The translations under genes and the position numbers were made by a program. From NCBI GenBank assembly GCA_965644295.1, contig CBFFRP010000200.1:1-64000 (forward strand): a DNA stretch of 64,000 nt, given 5' to 3'. A model generated the notes under the pieces. It was not told the DNA's origin. It made no database searches and worked only from the letters and a program-made list of their open reading frames with translations. Positions 41,295-54,954 of the stretch are shown piece by piece (within the stretch, counting starts at the first letter, position 1; each line of letters opens with the position of its first letter). This stretch comes from Paraphysomonas bandaiensis. Lineage: Eukaryota; Protista; Chrysophyceae.

Positions 41295-42953
41295 TATACA
41301 TAGTGAATATTATATGCTACAGCGATAGCGGTTGGTGAACCACTTCTTGAGTAAATATATATCTCGCTTAATTTACATGTGTACTGAAGTATTGTTGTAC
41401 TTACATTGTACGCACTCCGATGTGTGGGTGGTCTGCTCTATGTTACTGCTAGTGTGATTTTTATGTGAAAAGAACTATATTATTTTATTTTTAGTAAACT
41501 ATATTAAATATCGCACATTAGAAAGGAAATATATGCACTATGTTTTTCTGGGTTATATTTGCATTTTGTGGGATGAGCGATACTACTATATGAGATGATA
41601 TATCTGGAGAATTAATGTTCCTAACTTCTTCAGTAGGAATATTTGTAAACAATTTCACCACTTTTCCTTGATAAATGATTACAGGATTTTATTATACTTA
41701 CGTTTGATTGATTCAATAGATTATTCGTATGCTAGGCTGTGTTCATTCCCTTTTCGTCATCTTTTCGATTCAATAGGCTGTGTTCATTGCCTGTCCAGAA
41801 CGTCGGACATTTGCAAATTGTGCCATAGAAGGTCGTCAATATCACTAGATGCCCTGTATATATTCTCAGTTTTTGCCCATGTGATATTTTATATATTATT
41901 CCCTAAAAAAAATCATATGTGTATTTATTGAGGTTACAAAAAGTTACGATCACTTGTCGAAAGAGAAAACAAATTATTAAGATAAGGGAAAACATCTATT
42001 AAATCAGCATTCACTTGTGTCTAGTGTATATCAGCAAGGGTGTACTCGTGGCAGTTATATCTCTGGATATACTATCCTATTGCTGTCGATTGCTATCAAC
42101 AGTACAACTAGTTAGAAATATCTACACTGGCACATTAAGTCTTTACTCAGAGCCTTGAAGCAGTCGTTTTAAAAACTGCAGCCTCCAATATCGTATTGGC
42201 ATATACGTCACATGTTTAGGAATTGAAGATATACCTTCCACCTTTGAAGCATCTGAGAGGCATCTTTGAAGACTTCATGGTTGCTATGGACTCATCTTCA
42301 CCTTATCATGCTTGCATGTGAAAGCTCTTTGAAATGACGAATTCACAGCTACTCGCACATCCCTCTACTGCAGAACAATTCCAGCACAGTGGTCATCTAT
42401 TCACAGTCTATGAATATGATACACTGCTATCTTACTGCCTATACTGCCTGATCGGCAGCCAGCATCTTATTTTTCGGAAATAAATTGAAGCAAATATACT
42501 CTATACCACAGCAATACAACTACGGCTGTAATACAGATAATTATTGTCTCAATATATGAGGCATATTTCACCAAAAATATACAAAGCGGCCTGTAGTGAT
42601 ATACACGACAGATGCAGACATATGATTGGCCGACACTTCCATATACTATGCGTATCTAGACTGTAGGAATGTTCCTACTGCTGCAAAAACGTCATACACA
42701 GACTATCGCACCTGGTTATTTTTTTTAGAAGGAAGTGTTGTCGATTTCAACTTGTACGTAGTTTTCTATACACAAGGAAGGGAAGGGGGATTCCAGTCGA
42801 GTCGACTCGTATGGCATTCAACTGCATCATCGTAAGACATGAAGTGGGGAATTCCAATTAGTGCTGCTATACTCATAGCGTGTATGCCTATGGTAGATAT
42901 GCTCGGCTCATTGCTTTGTCATATTCCTGAATGTTGTGTTCAATATAAATTCA

Positions 42954-45900
42954 ATGATGAATGTAGCCAATCTGTTTGGTATCAGTCGACCATCAACTGG
43001 TCAATTCAATCGGCGCTCAGAAATGAGCAGTTGCCAATCAAATGAATCAGTCACAGATGCTTACTATGCAATGTGTGGGGCGAGGGCGAGATCACTAGTG
43101 ACAACTTTTGAGCCCGGCAATGATTCCTCTCTCACGAGCGCATTTGCAGTTGAGCAATGTGCTTCATTCTGTCCGAGCAACCTCAGCTCTGTTCCTCCTA
43201 TTGGAAACAGTTGGTTTTTCAATGGGTGTTGTATGCTCGCCGATATATCGGGATTTACTGAGCTGTCGAGTGCTTTATGTGCTGAAGGTGCAGTTGGTCT
43301 CGATAAGCTGCGATTAATAACGGATCATTCATTCGCAAAATTTGTGAATATTATATATTCGCACGGTGGAGACGGTAAATGCCTTAAGTAATGTGTACGC
43401 ATTTCATTGTATTTTGCAGTCATCTCGTTTGCTGGGGATTGTCTCCTGTGCGTGTTTCTGCCTGACCCGCAGGAAACAACCCTCCAAGGGTGCTCGTTGC
43501 GTGCTGTTCAGTGTGGGCTAGATATAACTAAATGCGTAATGGATGGTACTCAAACTCATGTTGCTGTATCTGCTGGAAGGATGTGTATGGCCCTCCTTGG
43601 AGGACATAACTACCAGCGTAAATATGTCATGAACGGTTCTTGCCTGGAGAGTGCTGGCACATGCCTCAGCCATGCCGGTGCGCAGGAACTTGTGATAACT
43701 GGTGGCGTCTTAAAAGCCGTCAATGGTATGGTCATGAGCAGTCTAGTTAACAAACAACGGGACGCTGGGGAGTTCTTCAAGGTGACTCATTGCTTTCCCC
43801 CTGGAAAGGTAGTCGTTGCTCGTTGCACTTTGTTTTTAGTTCTGACTCCTGGTTGTGTAGGGCGTGGAAAGATGTTGGCGACTACCCCAGTATGACAGTC
43901 CAGGGGGATGTTCCCTCGATAGCATGGTGAGCTGTGTGCCATCACCAGTGGCAGAAGCCATAAGATTTGATGTTCTCAGTAGTATCAAGGAGCTCCGAAC
44001 CGTTACTACGTTGTTTTTGCGATTGGACAGCTACAGCTCAACGGAATTCGAAGATGTTAAAACCCTTCAGCCCTTCTTCGTAGCCATGCAGAAGTGTTTA
44101 GATGAATGTGGTGGATTTTTAAGACAGTTCCTTGTCGATGATAAAGGTTGTGTATTAATAGGCCTTTGGGGTGTTCCCACTGCAACCCATGCTGCGAACT
44201 GCTCTAAAGCTCTCCGATGTGCAGTGATGATGAGACACCAAGCTCTTACTTTGGATTTATCCCTATCTATTGGTATCACTACAGGAAGTACCTACTGTGG
44301 TACCGTTGGAACGGACTACCGTCGAGATTATGTTGCAATCGGCCGCTCTGTTAACTTGGCTGCCCGTCTGATGGTCAAAGCGAGAGGGCGTATATTGTTG
44401 GACAAAGAAACACTTGTAAAACTTCCCCTAGATATATCCACACTTATCTCACATACCGAGGAACTAAACATGAAAGGTATTCCACAAGGGGAAAATTATT
44501 ATTTCTATGACTCGACCATTATACCTCGATGGGTTGAGGCTGATGTAAGAGAAGATTATTTCTTGGGTATAGAAGGTTACATTCGCCGTAGATTGAATAT
44601 CGTTCTCGATATTGTTGGATCGGCTGTTGATAGCTCATCCGAAGAACTTTCATCAGATATGGCTTGGTCGCGGGGCGCTGTCGAATTTCTTGTAGACCAG
44701 AGTGAGGACTCACGACAAACCTCTCAACGGTTATCTCTGTCGAGTGTAACATCTAGCAATGGCGTACCATATACTCCCATACTCTCTCCTCGTTGCCCTT
44801 TGCGATTTAGCTACAAGAAAGCTTCCACCCCTCCAACAGAAGTTTTCGTTGTCAAGGGAATATCTGGATCAGGTAGTGTTAGTTTACTTTCTTCTTTATG
44901 AACTTACAGTGGTCAATCAGGAAAAACGGCTATCGTAAATCACCTAATTCACCGGTTATCTATTCATGAGAAAAATCCAGAGCTACTTAAGCGGCGGGCA
45001 GTATATGTGTCCCTTCGTCGCGATAATGATACCAATCAATGGAGCTCGATACGTAAAATATTCTTTGCACTTCTTCCTGAAATGAAAGACTTTAGAGTGC
45101 GCTCAGAAAAAGAAATAGTTGTCGACTTATTCAGGAATGCGTTTCCAGAGTATTCATGTAAAGTTCTGAGTGGTTATATCTTTCCTTTGGTATGTAATAT
45201 TCTCGGATTTAACTGGGAATGGATTTACAGCGGCGAAAGTATATCCGACCAGAGAGAAGAATTGTGTATGGAGACTCCTACGGTACTGGCGGAATTGATC
45301 TATTATATGTTAAGTTCTGGGATATCTGTGCTGGCAATCGATAATGCGCACTTCTTGTGTGGAAAATCGTGGGAAGTATTGACGCTCCTTGGGACCATGG
45401 GTTGCAGCGCTTTGTTAGTTTTATCTATTCGAGTTCATGCCTCGTCTTCTGGAATTTCATCTTTTGGTGCACTTATTTCCGACGACAGCAGCTTGAGTAG
45501 CCCAACGAAAGAAGATTTGATGGACTTAACACATAGTAGATCTACAAGGTTTTCCCTCCAAAAAGAAAATAACTTAGCATCCACTGTGGTGCCATCCAGG
45601 TAATACAAGAATTTGTATTTGTTAATTGAATTTATATGTTCAATAGGCATGCAGCTGAATATGTTCACTTTTGTGAAGCGTTGCACCCTGGGTGTTTGCA
45701 TAGCTTAACCTTGAGACCGCTTGCTGAACGGACCGTTGCTTGGATTCTACGCAATGGAGTGTTATTTACACTTTCAGACGAAAGCATTAGTGTGATTTGC
45801 TCTATATCTCAAGGAAATCCGTTCCTTCTATGGAGAATTGTTTCCCACCTAACGGAGACACAGGCGGACGATATTGATAGCGTGATATCTAATCTAAAAG

Positions 45901-46778
45901 ACAGTTCCCTTGTTGTATCTATGATGGAACGAGTACCACAAATAAACAGAGTGATTGTAAAAATTGCCAGTATTATTGGTACTGAGTTTGATGTCGAAGT
46001 GCTACGAGAGGTCTTACCGAAGGAGCACGAAGAGATCATGGATACTGCCTTGAGATACTTGGAGAACACAGGATTTCTGGTGACGATATGCGATGGTGTC
46101 ATGGGATTTACCAGTAGCCTAATGAGAAAATATATTTACGACCTACTACCACCAAGGTGAGAGCGAAATTATGTTTCTAATGTTGACAACATTGACTTTT
46201 TGACATTGCAGCAATGCACAAGGTGTTCATGCTGAAGTCGCTACTTCAATCGCTCGCTTGCATAATCAAGATTTGGCACCGTATATGTTCAGGTAGCATC
46301 ACATTACATCAAAATATTCCCAGTAACGTGCACTTTGTATAGCTTGTGTTATCACTATTTCAGGAGTGACCCTAAGGTTTACGGGCAATTGGCATTTGAG
46401 TGTGCATGTCAAGCGGTTGAGTTGTGCATTAAACATCAAGAAATCGAGATGTTTTTACCATATCTAGAAATTGCATCGAAGCAATGCGTCGATCGACGAA
46501 GCAAATCAAGACAACTAAATTTACTAGCAAACTGTATTACCACTACCAGATCAAAGTTAGATAATATTCTAAATTCGAATTCCTTGGAAGCTACAGCGCT
46601 TAATTTTACGTTGGATAGACTCCGAGGTTTGTATTTAAAACAAAAACACTCCGCAGGACTTGCACCTTTTATTGCTCACAAATTCAATGCGATTATTCAA
46701 ACTGTGTGTCTTCTAGGTGCCAAAAGAAAAGTGACTCCGTCCGTCTTGTATTCCGTAGAGAAACTGTCTGACGACTGA
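42954..46778 (+). CDS. Soluble adenylate cyclase, ADCY10-type (two class III cyclase domains + STAND P-loop region)
   Basis: Motifs ADISGFT, GGDVISFAGD, LRQFLVDDKG, IGRSVNLAARLM, P-loop GISGSG|KT, Walker-B-like IDNAH and SQGNPF. Six short introns (first 43375-43419). Confidence 0.85.
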
Positions 46779-47559
46779 TCTTCTTTTGTACTTCAGTTTC
46801 GGCTCTTTCATGATGTCGTGTTTCTTGTGTGCATTATTGGGTGAATAGCCTTTGTCGTTAATTTTGTTCTCTGTTATTTATATATTGTTTTATAGTATTC
46901 ACATTACTTGAAAACTAAACGAAACCTCTATGTATATTAAAATAAGACTGTTTTCGAGTTTCATGGTCCGTATGTTTACTAAATTGATTCGATTTCGTTC
47001 TGTACATGTGTGACATTTAGGTTACAGTAACATGAATAACAACATATTGGAATTGTTCAATGCATGGAGCTGATATCATAAAATGGCCCCCTATTTTTAA
47101 TCATATTGACCTGGCCAGTGGTTTCGGAGTTTCACATGGCTGGCACGTAGAAACCTAGTCTTATTATTAGAAGATGGTCAAGTCACTTCTTTTTGTGTAA
47201 TTTTCGAAAGCAAGCGGATGTGCGCATACCGTGTGAATCATGTGAGCACTGCTTTGTATGAATATATTATGACTATCAGTGTACTATGCATGTACATTTT
47301 TATGATCCCCCCTTCCATGTACGCAGACTTTATAGAGTATAGAGCACGGAGGAGCGCAATACCACTTAACACTTCCGACTTTACCATGATATGAAATTTT
47401 CAGAGCTATCATTTATAACGATACATGCATTAGCTATGCAAATACTTACAGTATTCGTACACAAGCATAAATCAGCTTTGAATACAGTTGTTATCACGTT
47501 ATCATACACATGTTATTAACCATCAGTTAATGCTATGTAATGCATCCCATCTTTCCTAT

Positions 47560-48070
47560 GACCGACCACAATTCGTAGCTCCTGCCTCTCGTTCCACGAT
47601 CAATTCCATTTCATTCTCATATCTTCACGGTGTGGCACCAGTCGTAATAAAATTAGAAATAGCGGTGGCTTAGCGCCCCCAATAAACACTTGCCACATCT
47701 AAGTAGTATATGGGCAGAAATAAGTTCAAGTTAAATATTACCCCAATGATTAACCACGTTGGAGACAGGTATTGACTCTTCCAGTGGTGTGATGGCATCA
47801 TGCAACCAGCATCAACATTCATATACAACACCTTGTGGCTCTAAGTGATGTTATATCTGTGCACATCAACTGTGATTTACTATACACTCGAATGAATGAT
47901 TCCAATTCATTCTCGGATGATCATACACTAACATGACGGACTCAATAATGGTCAGTCTCATCCAACTGCTATAGAAAAACAAGCGATAGCTTCACTTCAC
48001 TCCTCTATCCGGCCGGATCATATGAACTGGCCGCACTACGCTTCCTCATAAACTTAACCTCATGAGACGC
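47560..48070 (-). pseudogene. Second, diverged copy of the piggyBac-like transposase remnant
   Basis: The minus strand reads WLHDAITPLEESIPVSNVVNHW..YYLD..VFIG, homologous to WLHDAIADLGESIPVSAAVMEHY..SYYLE at 1390-1540. Confidence 0.5.
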
Positions 48071-48303
48071 CAACTGAAAAAAAAGATTAAAATGAAAAAC
48101 CTGTTTTTTTTTCAGAAATGGGGGGTATTTAGTATCCGTTTCCCCATGCTATGCCCTGTGACTGTGTGCTGTGTATGTATGCCCGACCAGCTCCATAGGA
48201 ATAGGAATTGAAATCAATCTACCGAACCATACACTCAGTGAAGCTCACTGTATAAAACTTGAACGCCACTATTTCCTAGTTTTTAAATTCCACCTATCTG
48301 AAT

Positions 48304-49283
48304 ATGGCGGAGTATGTACACAAATCGGATTTGCAATTAGTTAGAGATTATGTCACTGCTATGGACCACCTGCAATATACACAGCTGCCCGAAGATGTAG
48401 TCTGCATTCTTTTGACTCACTCCAATCTTCCTGCCCAGCATCCTGATATACGGCTGAATTTGCACACCACGGTATGGGGTGTTCGACTATGTCTTACTGT
48501 TAATTATACTGGTTCCTATTCAGATTCGTGACGTCAAAGATAAATTTCGAACGCATATAGGAACATCTGTAGATCACCAGCGCCTTGTTTTGAAAAGGGA
48601 TGGGGCAGTAATAGGCGAGATGTCTGATGACAGTAAAATGTTAGGGTTTTATGGGGTGGAATCTGGAATGGAAATTCACGTCATTGACACTGATCCGTTT
48701 TCGTTGTCACGAGGTGGAGGTCTCACGGACACTACACTAGTTGAAAAGTACCGAATGTCGGACGAAACCTACGACAAGCGGAAGGGTACACTGCGTGAGT
48801 TTATTAAAGAACAAAAAGCTAAAGATGCAAATTTCAAGCTCAATGCTAAACCCGGGGGGGGTGCCCCTGCTGCGGCACCACCTACTAATGTTGGCCCGGA
48901 GTCTGTCCAAGGTATAACAGTTGGAAATAGATGTCAGGTGATGCCGGGAAAGCGCAGGGGGAGTGTACAGTTTATAGGGGAAGTAGAACAGCTTTCTGAA
49001 GGATACTGGGTAAGTAGCCATGTCGCTTTGTCGCTCAACATGTCAATACTAACAAGAGTTGATATAGGTTGGCGTGAAGTTTGACGAGCCCTGTGGGCTC
49101 ACGAATGGTACTGTGAAAGGGGTTCGATATTTTGATTGCGAAGAGAACTATGGCTCTTTCGTTCGTGGAAAAAATGTCACTGTTGGTGACTTTCCCGAGC
49201 GCGACCTTCTTGATTCGGACTCTGAAGACGATGAGGGAAACAATGTTGATCCAGCGGGAGATGAAGAGGAAGATGAAATTTAA
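48304..49283 (+). CDS. TBCB: Tubulin-folding cofactor B (UBL + CAP-Gly)
   Basis: IHVIDTDP, VEKYRMSDETYDKRKGT and the CAP-Gly motif WVGVKFDEPCGLTNGTVKGVRYFDC..YGSFVR. Introns at 48472-48523 and 49010-49067. Confidence 0.92.
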
Positions 49284-49574
49284 GCTTTATCGATTTTTTC
49301 TGACGTTGCCCTGATATTGCTTTGTACGCTGCCTTCTATTTTGTCTTATAGTGGTATGATTAGTCTAAATTCTGAATAATTGAAAATATGCTATGAGATA
49401 AAACGTAAATAGCCTATATCGAGTGTAGTGGAACATGCTGTACGTAGTACATCTTAGAGGTCCATAGCATAATTAACATCATCAATATATCGATATCGCG
49501 AAACACAGTGAAAGTACCCTCAGTAACAAGAAAACCTATACCTGCCTGAGAGGTATGTGTGTCCTGAAGGTGAG

Positions 49575-49920
49575 CAGCCCGGATGCATGACTTAAGCAGT
49601 AAGCTCGATACCCCGGATGCCTTTGAGGTGAGTCCATTCCCGGATGATTAACTTCAGCTGGCAGCCCAATATTTCAGATGCCCTTGAGGTGGACCCTGCT
49701 GTCCCGGATTCCTGTTTATTCGTCATGGACCCAAAGACGTCTACACAAGTGACACTACTTTGAGTCCCTTGCACCACACACCAAGCATTCGGCTATGAGT
49801 GGGCAGAAGAATATCGGCTGACTATATATGCGACTCACATTTGTTTCCCAGAGAATTACCTCCAGTACTTATCTCCCAGAACACCACGGAAAAGTACGAG
49901 TCCGACTTTGTTGAGGGACA
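49575..49920 (-). repeat. Module B, inverted copy
   Basis: Reverse complement of CCCTCAACAAAGTCGGACTCG..TCTGCCCACTCATAGCC..AATAAACAGG. Confidence 0.8.
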
Positions 49921-50511
49921 AAATTGTAATATATATAATCGAACCTGTAATACATTTGTTAAATTACATTATTAGACCACAAGTTAGTATTTAATCTCCG
50001 TGCTGCGAGAGCAACAATTACTCTCATGTACTGCACATGTAGGTTGTTCAAAGAGTTTCGTTGGTTCTTCGAGGATGTTATCTTGTTTTGCTTTAGATGA
50101 GGTGAAGGAATATATGAGGTAAACCTCGTGTAAAATGTTGCCGAAGTCTTCAAATTACTGAACGATTGATTTACATTAATACCGACACAAGGAGATATTT
50201 CAATGATATTAACTTTAACACATCTTTTTTAGATTACATAGTGTAATTTTACAAAAGTTTTCCTACAATACCATAAGAAGCAACTGGTCTCTGAAATATT
50301 TTGTCTGTTCCGGGTATTTTAGATAAAAGATTATTAGAACATAATATAATCTTTATTTGAAAAAGGGTTTGCAATTGCTAGCCATCGATTACAATTTCAT
50401 CGATTACACCTGTGCGATGATAAGTTACACCTTTGACTTTCTTGTTCACCAAACACTTAACCTTTTCTAGCTAAATGATCACAAATGTTAACATATTCAT
50501 TAAAAAAAAGG

Positions 50512-50993
50512 AAGTACCGGAGAGATTCTCTCTGGGAAACTAACGTGAGCCGCATATATAGTCAGCCGATATTCTTGGTGTGTGGTACAAGGGACACCAA
50601 TAAGTGTCACTTGTGTAGTCGTCTTTGGGTCCTGACGAATAAACAGGCATCCGAAACAGGGCCCACCTGAAGGGTAACCGGGGTATTGGGCTGCCGTCAA
50701 GCATCCGGGATGTTCACCTTAAGTACTCAGAACTTATGGTTGAAGATGCTATACGTGTTTGCAGGGTGTAACTAAGATAATTAGACAATATTTGGCACAA
50801 TTAAATATTTCATTGTTACGCAGCCCTGGCTTGCAGCGACGCACAAGCAGCTTCCGTAGCGTTAAATAGTAGGATAAAAAAGTGCGCACTGATTAGTTAC
50901 AGCTAGAGGTCTAACTAGTTTGTCTAGCAGTCATCTAGCTACTAAGTTGGTGCAGGCTCCTTTTAACGCCTATTGCTAATAATAAGACTTTCA
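50512..50993 (+). repeat. Module B + A', with a 67-bp CAGGG..CCCTG hAT-like remnant (50762-50828) at the junction
   Basis: B homology at 50512-50725 and A' at 50829-50993. The small insert has ends resembling the TIR of the MITE at 12933. Confidence 0.7.
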
Positions 50994-51291
50994 ATTCATG
51001 TCAGTGAAACCCTTGAAATTTCTTCATAGATGTATACTGTCTATCTGATTTCGATGCAGTCATTGTCATTAGTGGATGTACTTTTAGAGCTTTCCTCAGC
51101 CTCGCCAAGGAGCTACTACGAACACTACAACAATACTACATCCACAAGATTACTTGTATTAGGCCCTTCGTACACTATTATCGGTACCGTAAGATTGTTC
51201 ATTTTTCTTAATACATTCAAAATTCATAAATAATACTGTTTTCATGACGTACATACTAACTGGCTCTTGTAATAAATGGATATATACTTTA

Positions 51292-51690
51292 TCAATTATC
51301 TGTGCTCTTCCGTTTAACACCGCGGCGCTGTTCGGGAACAGCTGGGGTCGATTCTGTACTTTTTCCTTGTCCCTGCAAATGACCACATACAGCCTCATAC
51401 AAATGATGCTTAAACTTCATATCGGGTGTATGTAACCGTAGTTTTTTCCCTAGTCGCACATTACATAGTTATAACACAAGTCTCAGTATAAAAATAAACC
51501 TACCGAAAATTAGAGTAATATCATCAGCATCTACAACACTTGATTGACGATGTTTCGCTACATATATCGCTTGTTCTACTAGAGCACTTGTAAGTTCTTT
51601 CAAATGTTTCATTAACAAGGTCTGGGCTGCTTCATCGAGCTCAACATATTCGTCACCATCCTTCACAAGTTTATTAAAACTTTCAGTCAT
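51292..51690 (-). CDS. TAF12: TAF12-like histone-fold protein
   Basis: KLVKDGDEYVELDEAAQTLL..LVEQAIYVAKHRQSSVVDADDITLIF matches the TAF12 pattern. Intron 51450-51503. The start may lie further upstream. Confidence 0.65.
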
Positions 51691-52176
51691 CAAACCAAGC
51701 AGATTATTCCTAATGGAATCGAGACACTATAAATTGACCCTACCAATGATTCAACTGCTGAGAAATGAGACCCTTATATCTCTAATCTATAACTCTACAG
51801 CAGAGTACATCTCACTGCTATGTGCACTGTGCATGTTCATCTCGGCCTCTTCATCTCAGTGTATCTCAGTGTAGGGAATCGGAATACAGACTAATATACA
51901 GAGAGAGTTAGAGGGACAAAATTTTACGATATACTTCTGGCTGCATACTGTATACACGCCTGTGTATAGTATGTAGACTGCTGTAGATGTAGAGAATGAT
52001 GTGGCAGCATCATCTCGCTGCACTCACACACACATTCTCACTATCGTAATACTTGATGAAAGTGGTAATTCTTTGGAAAAGGAATGTGTTGGAGGTGACG
52101 GAAGACCTCATATGATAGATATTAGTTCTTCAGCAGAAGGAAGTTCGAACTGCGGGTCAGTGTAACACTAGTACTA

Positions 52177-53323
52177 ATGCGCTTGCCTGTGGCTGCGATT
52201 CTTGCCTTTTTTTGTTGGTATAGTTGTGTCATGCCAACATCAGATTGGCTAGTTGCCAATAGCCGATCTCTAAGAGGTCGTTCCGGCAAGGAGGCCATCT
52301 CCAAAGTACATGGTCATATAGGAACGCGAAAGATAAAGAGACATTACAACCACACAGAGCACATGTATAGGAGGCGAAAGGAACTTCTAGAAATGGTATC
52401 AAACGCTTCTATTGTTCCTCGAAGTAAGAATACGCTGATATTTTTGATGTATTACTTCTATCTAATATTTCTCCTGTAGCTAGAAGAAACTTCAAGCCTG
52501 ATTGGTTTGAAATGATGCAATCACCTCCACCTGATTGTGGGTCAGATTTTGTGGGCCTAATGCAATCAATGGTGAGTTTCGAGGGAGGAAGTGTCGTGAT
52601 TATTGGGGCTAACGTGGGAGCGACACGACTGGACCCAACGTGGAGAGGGCTCTCGTCCCCAGACAATAGAGCACTTCAAAAAGTATTCGTTGAGCCTATT
52701 CCATGGCTCTTCGAGACACTAACGGCAAATGTTCATGCTCTCGGAATGCAAAATGCTGTTTTAGTTAATGCTGCAGTGACGAATAAAACTTCAGACTTTA
52801 CTATGTTCTGCTTACGCAGAATAAACCCTGTGACTGGAACGAAGCTCAGGAGTCTGCCATCGTTCACCTCTGAACTGTGTTCACTGGACAGGGAAAGATT
52901 TTTCTCTCCCTATGGTGTCTTAATGAAGCAGTTCTCACGTGAAGAAATTGATGCGCAAGTGGTAGAAGTAAGAGTGAGGGGCCTCACTGTCCGCGACCTC
53001 CTATCGAAATATCGAATATCTCCAAGTGATGTCAGGTCTGTTCAGATTGACGTTGAGGGATTTGACGATGAGGTCGTTGCTAGATGTTGCTTCTGTGATT
53101 GTATTAACTTGTACGTTTGATATAGGTTGTGTTTCAACTTCCATTTTCAGACGAATCTTTTCGACCTTCGTCATTGGCTTTCGAGTATGTGCTGCTGAAT
53201 ATTACACGTCTGGAAGCGGTGTTACATCATCTGAGGCACTATAAATACACCAGTTGCATATATTTGCAGAACGTGTATTCATTTCGTGGGGACAATAGGC
53301 CGAATTACACCTCATTTTTTTGA
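52177..53323 (+). CDS. FkbM-family SAM-dependent methyltransferase with an N-terminal signal/anchor
   Basis: Motifs VIIGANVG, VFVEP, VNAAV, QIDVEGFD and LAFEY. Introns at ~52423-52479 and ~53073-53126. Confidence 0.8.
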
Positions 53324-54052
53324 TATTTTACTGTACTCCTTTTTTCTCTTTTGTTAGAGTGTACGTATGTGCGTATCAGCTAGTACAATTTTCTTTGCCT
53401 GCATATCGATGTATGTATATGTAGCTCGCCTCAGTATGATATGTGTGCGCTGCAGTTGCTTCTTCAGCAGTTACTTCAACGATACTGCTCTGTGTAACAT
53501 CCCACATATTTCCTAATAAGGTGTGTGAATGACTTCCATGTACTTGTTAACTTATAAAAATATAGTTCCTCAGTTTGATGGTGCTGCAAGGCATACACAT
53601 TATTTTATGAAGTACTTTTGAATATGTATGCTATTCTACTAGCAATGAGCATCCACACAACTGCAATAATTTGATGGAATATACTATTCACGAAATGCTG
53701 ATAAGTGTGTACTGCGGGTTACTTTTTGTTCTGTTATTCCACACATAAGATAAGAGCACATAGATAAATATATACACGCCCATGACGACGAGGAGTAACT
53801 ACTTAGCTCATAACGAATTACGTGATTGCAAATAGCTGACACCTGTATGGCGATACAATATAGCAATGTCGCTAATACATGGTCTAATACATAATACTTA
53901 ATAGTGAAGCGCGAGTTACAAGTCATCACCGAAAATATAAACGTATCCCGGCAGTGGTGTAGTGGTAAACAACAACTTCGTTCAGTTAGTATAAAATAAT
54001 ACATATACCCTTCACGATCACATTCATATCAGATGCGAGGAAAAAATTACAA

Positions 54053-54954
54053 CTAGCTGCTAGCCTCGTCATCTCCGCCATTTGAACGACATTGATGCTC
54101 TGTCAGTATGGCGCTTCTCAAGCGATGAGCTAATAAATCAAGTGCAACCGCATTGTGGCCGGATGGAATAATAATATCGGCATGTCTCTTGGAGCTCTCA
54201 ACAAACATTTCGTGCATTGGCCGCACTGTTGTCATGTACTGCTCCACTACACTTTCTGCAGTACGCTGTCGCTCGGCAATATCCCGCTGCATGCGCCGAA
54301 TAAATCGAATATCTGCATCGGTATCAACAAATATTTTGATATCCATTTCATCAACTAGCTTCTGATCAGCAAATATAAGAACTCCCTCAACTAGAATAAC
54401 TCTTCTTGGATGCACATCTTCGCCAGTAGGCATACGACAGTGAGTTTTGAAATCATATGTGGGCATTTGAACTCTTTCATTATTTTTCAATCGCTCTAAG
54501 TGATATATTAACAGTGGAGTATCCAAGGCGTCAGGATGGTCAAAGTTATGACTGTCTCTTTCCGCTTCAGATAAATGAGACAGGTCCTATGAAAGATGAT
54601 AAGCGAACATAACTCCACAAGTAATAAGGGTATGAAACCTTGTAGTAGTTGTCATGTGGTATGTAAGTAATGTTCTCAGCACCAAGAACATCTAATAAAG
54701 CATTTGCCAGAGTAGTTTTTCCAGAGCCACCTGCACAAACACATGATTACCAGAAGTCTATACTTTGCTTGCTACTTACTTCCACCACCAACCCCAACCA
54801 CCACAGGCCTTTCTGCACTATTCAGACCACATTCTTCAACACTATTTAAGTACAAGTTATTCACAAACACAGCATCTGTGTTGGCTTGAGTTCCGCATAC
54901 ACAGCCAAATATAGTGATCAGCAAGGAGAGAGTTATCAATGCATTGGTATGCAT
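54053..54954 (-). CDS. Uridine kinase with a hydrophobic N-terminal leader
   Basis: Spliced P-loop GVGGGSGSGKTT, HDNYYKD, NFDHPDA, LVEGVLIF, RRMQRDIAER, VRPMHEMFVE and ADIIIP. Introns at 54731-54779 and 54587-54638. Confidence 0.9.

Noticed and set aside
50628-50666. Hammerhead-ribozyme-like CTGACGA...GAAAC in module B
   Set aside because: Stem II cannot form, and the core is not conserved in other B copies (ATGACGA, TTGACTA).
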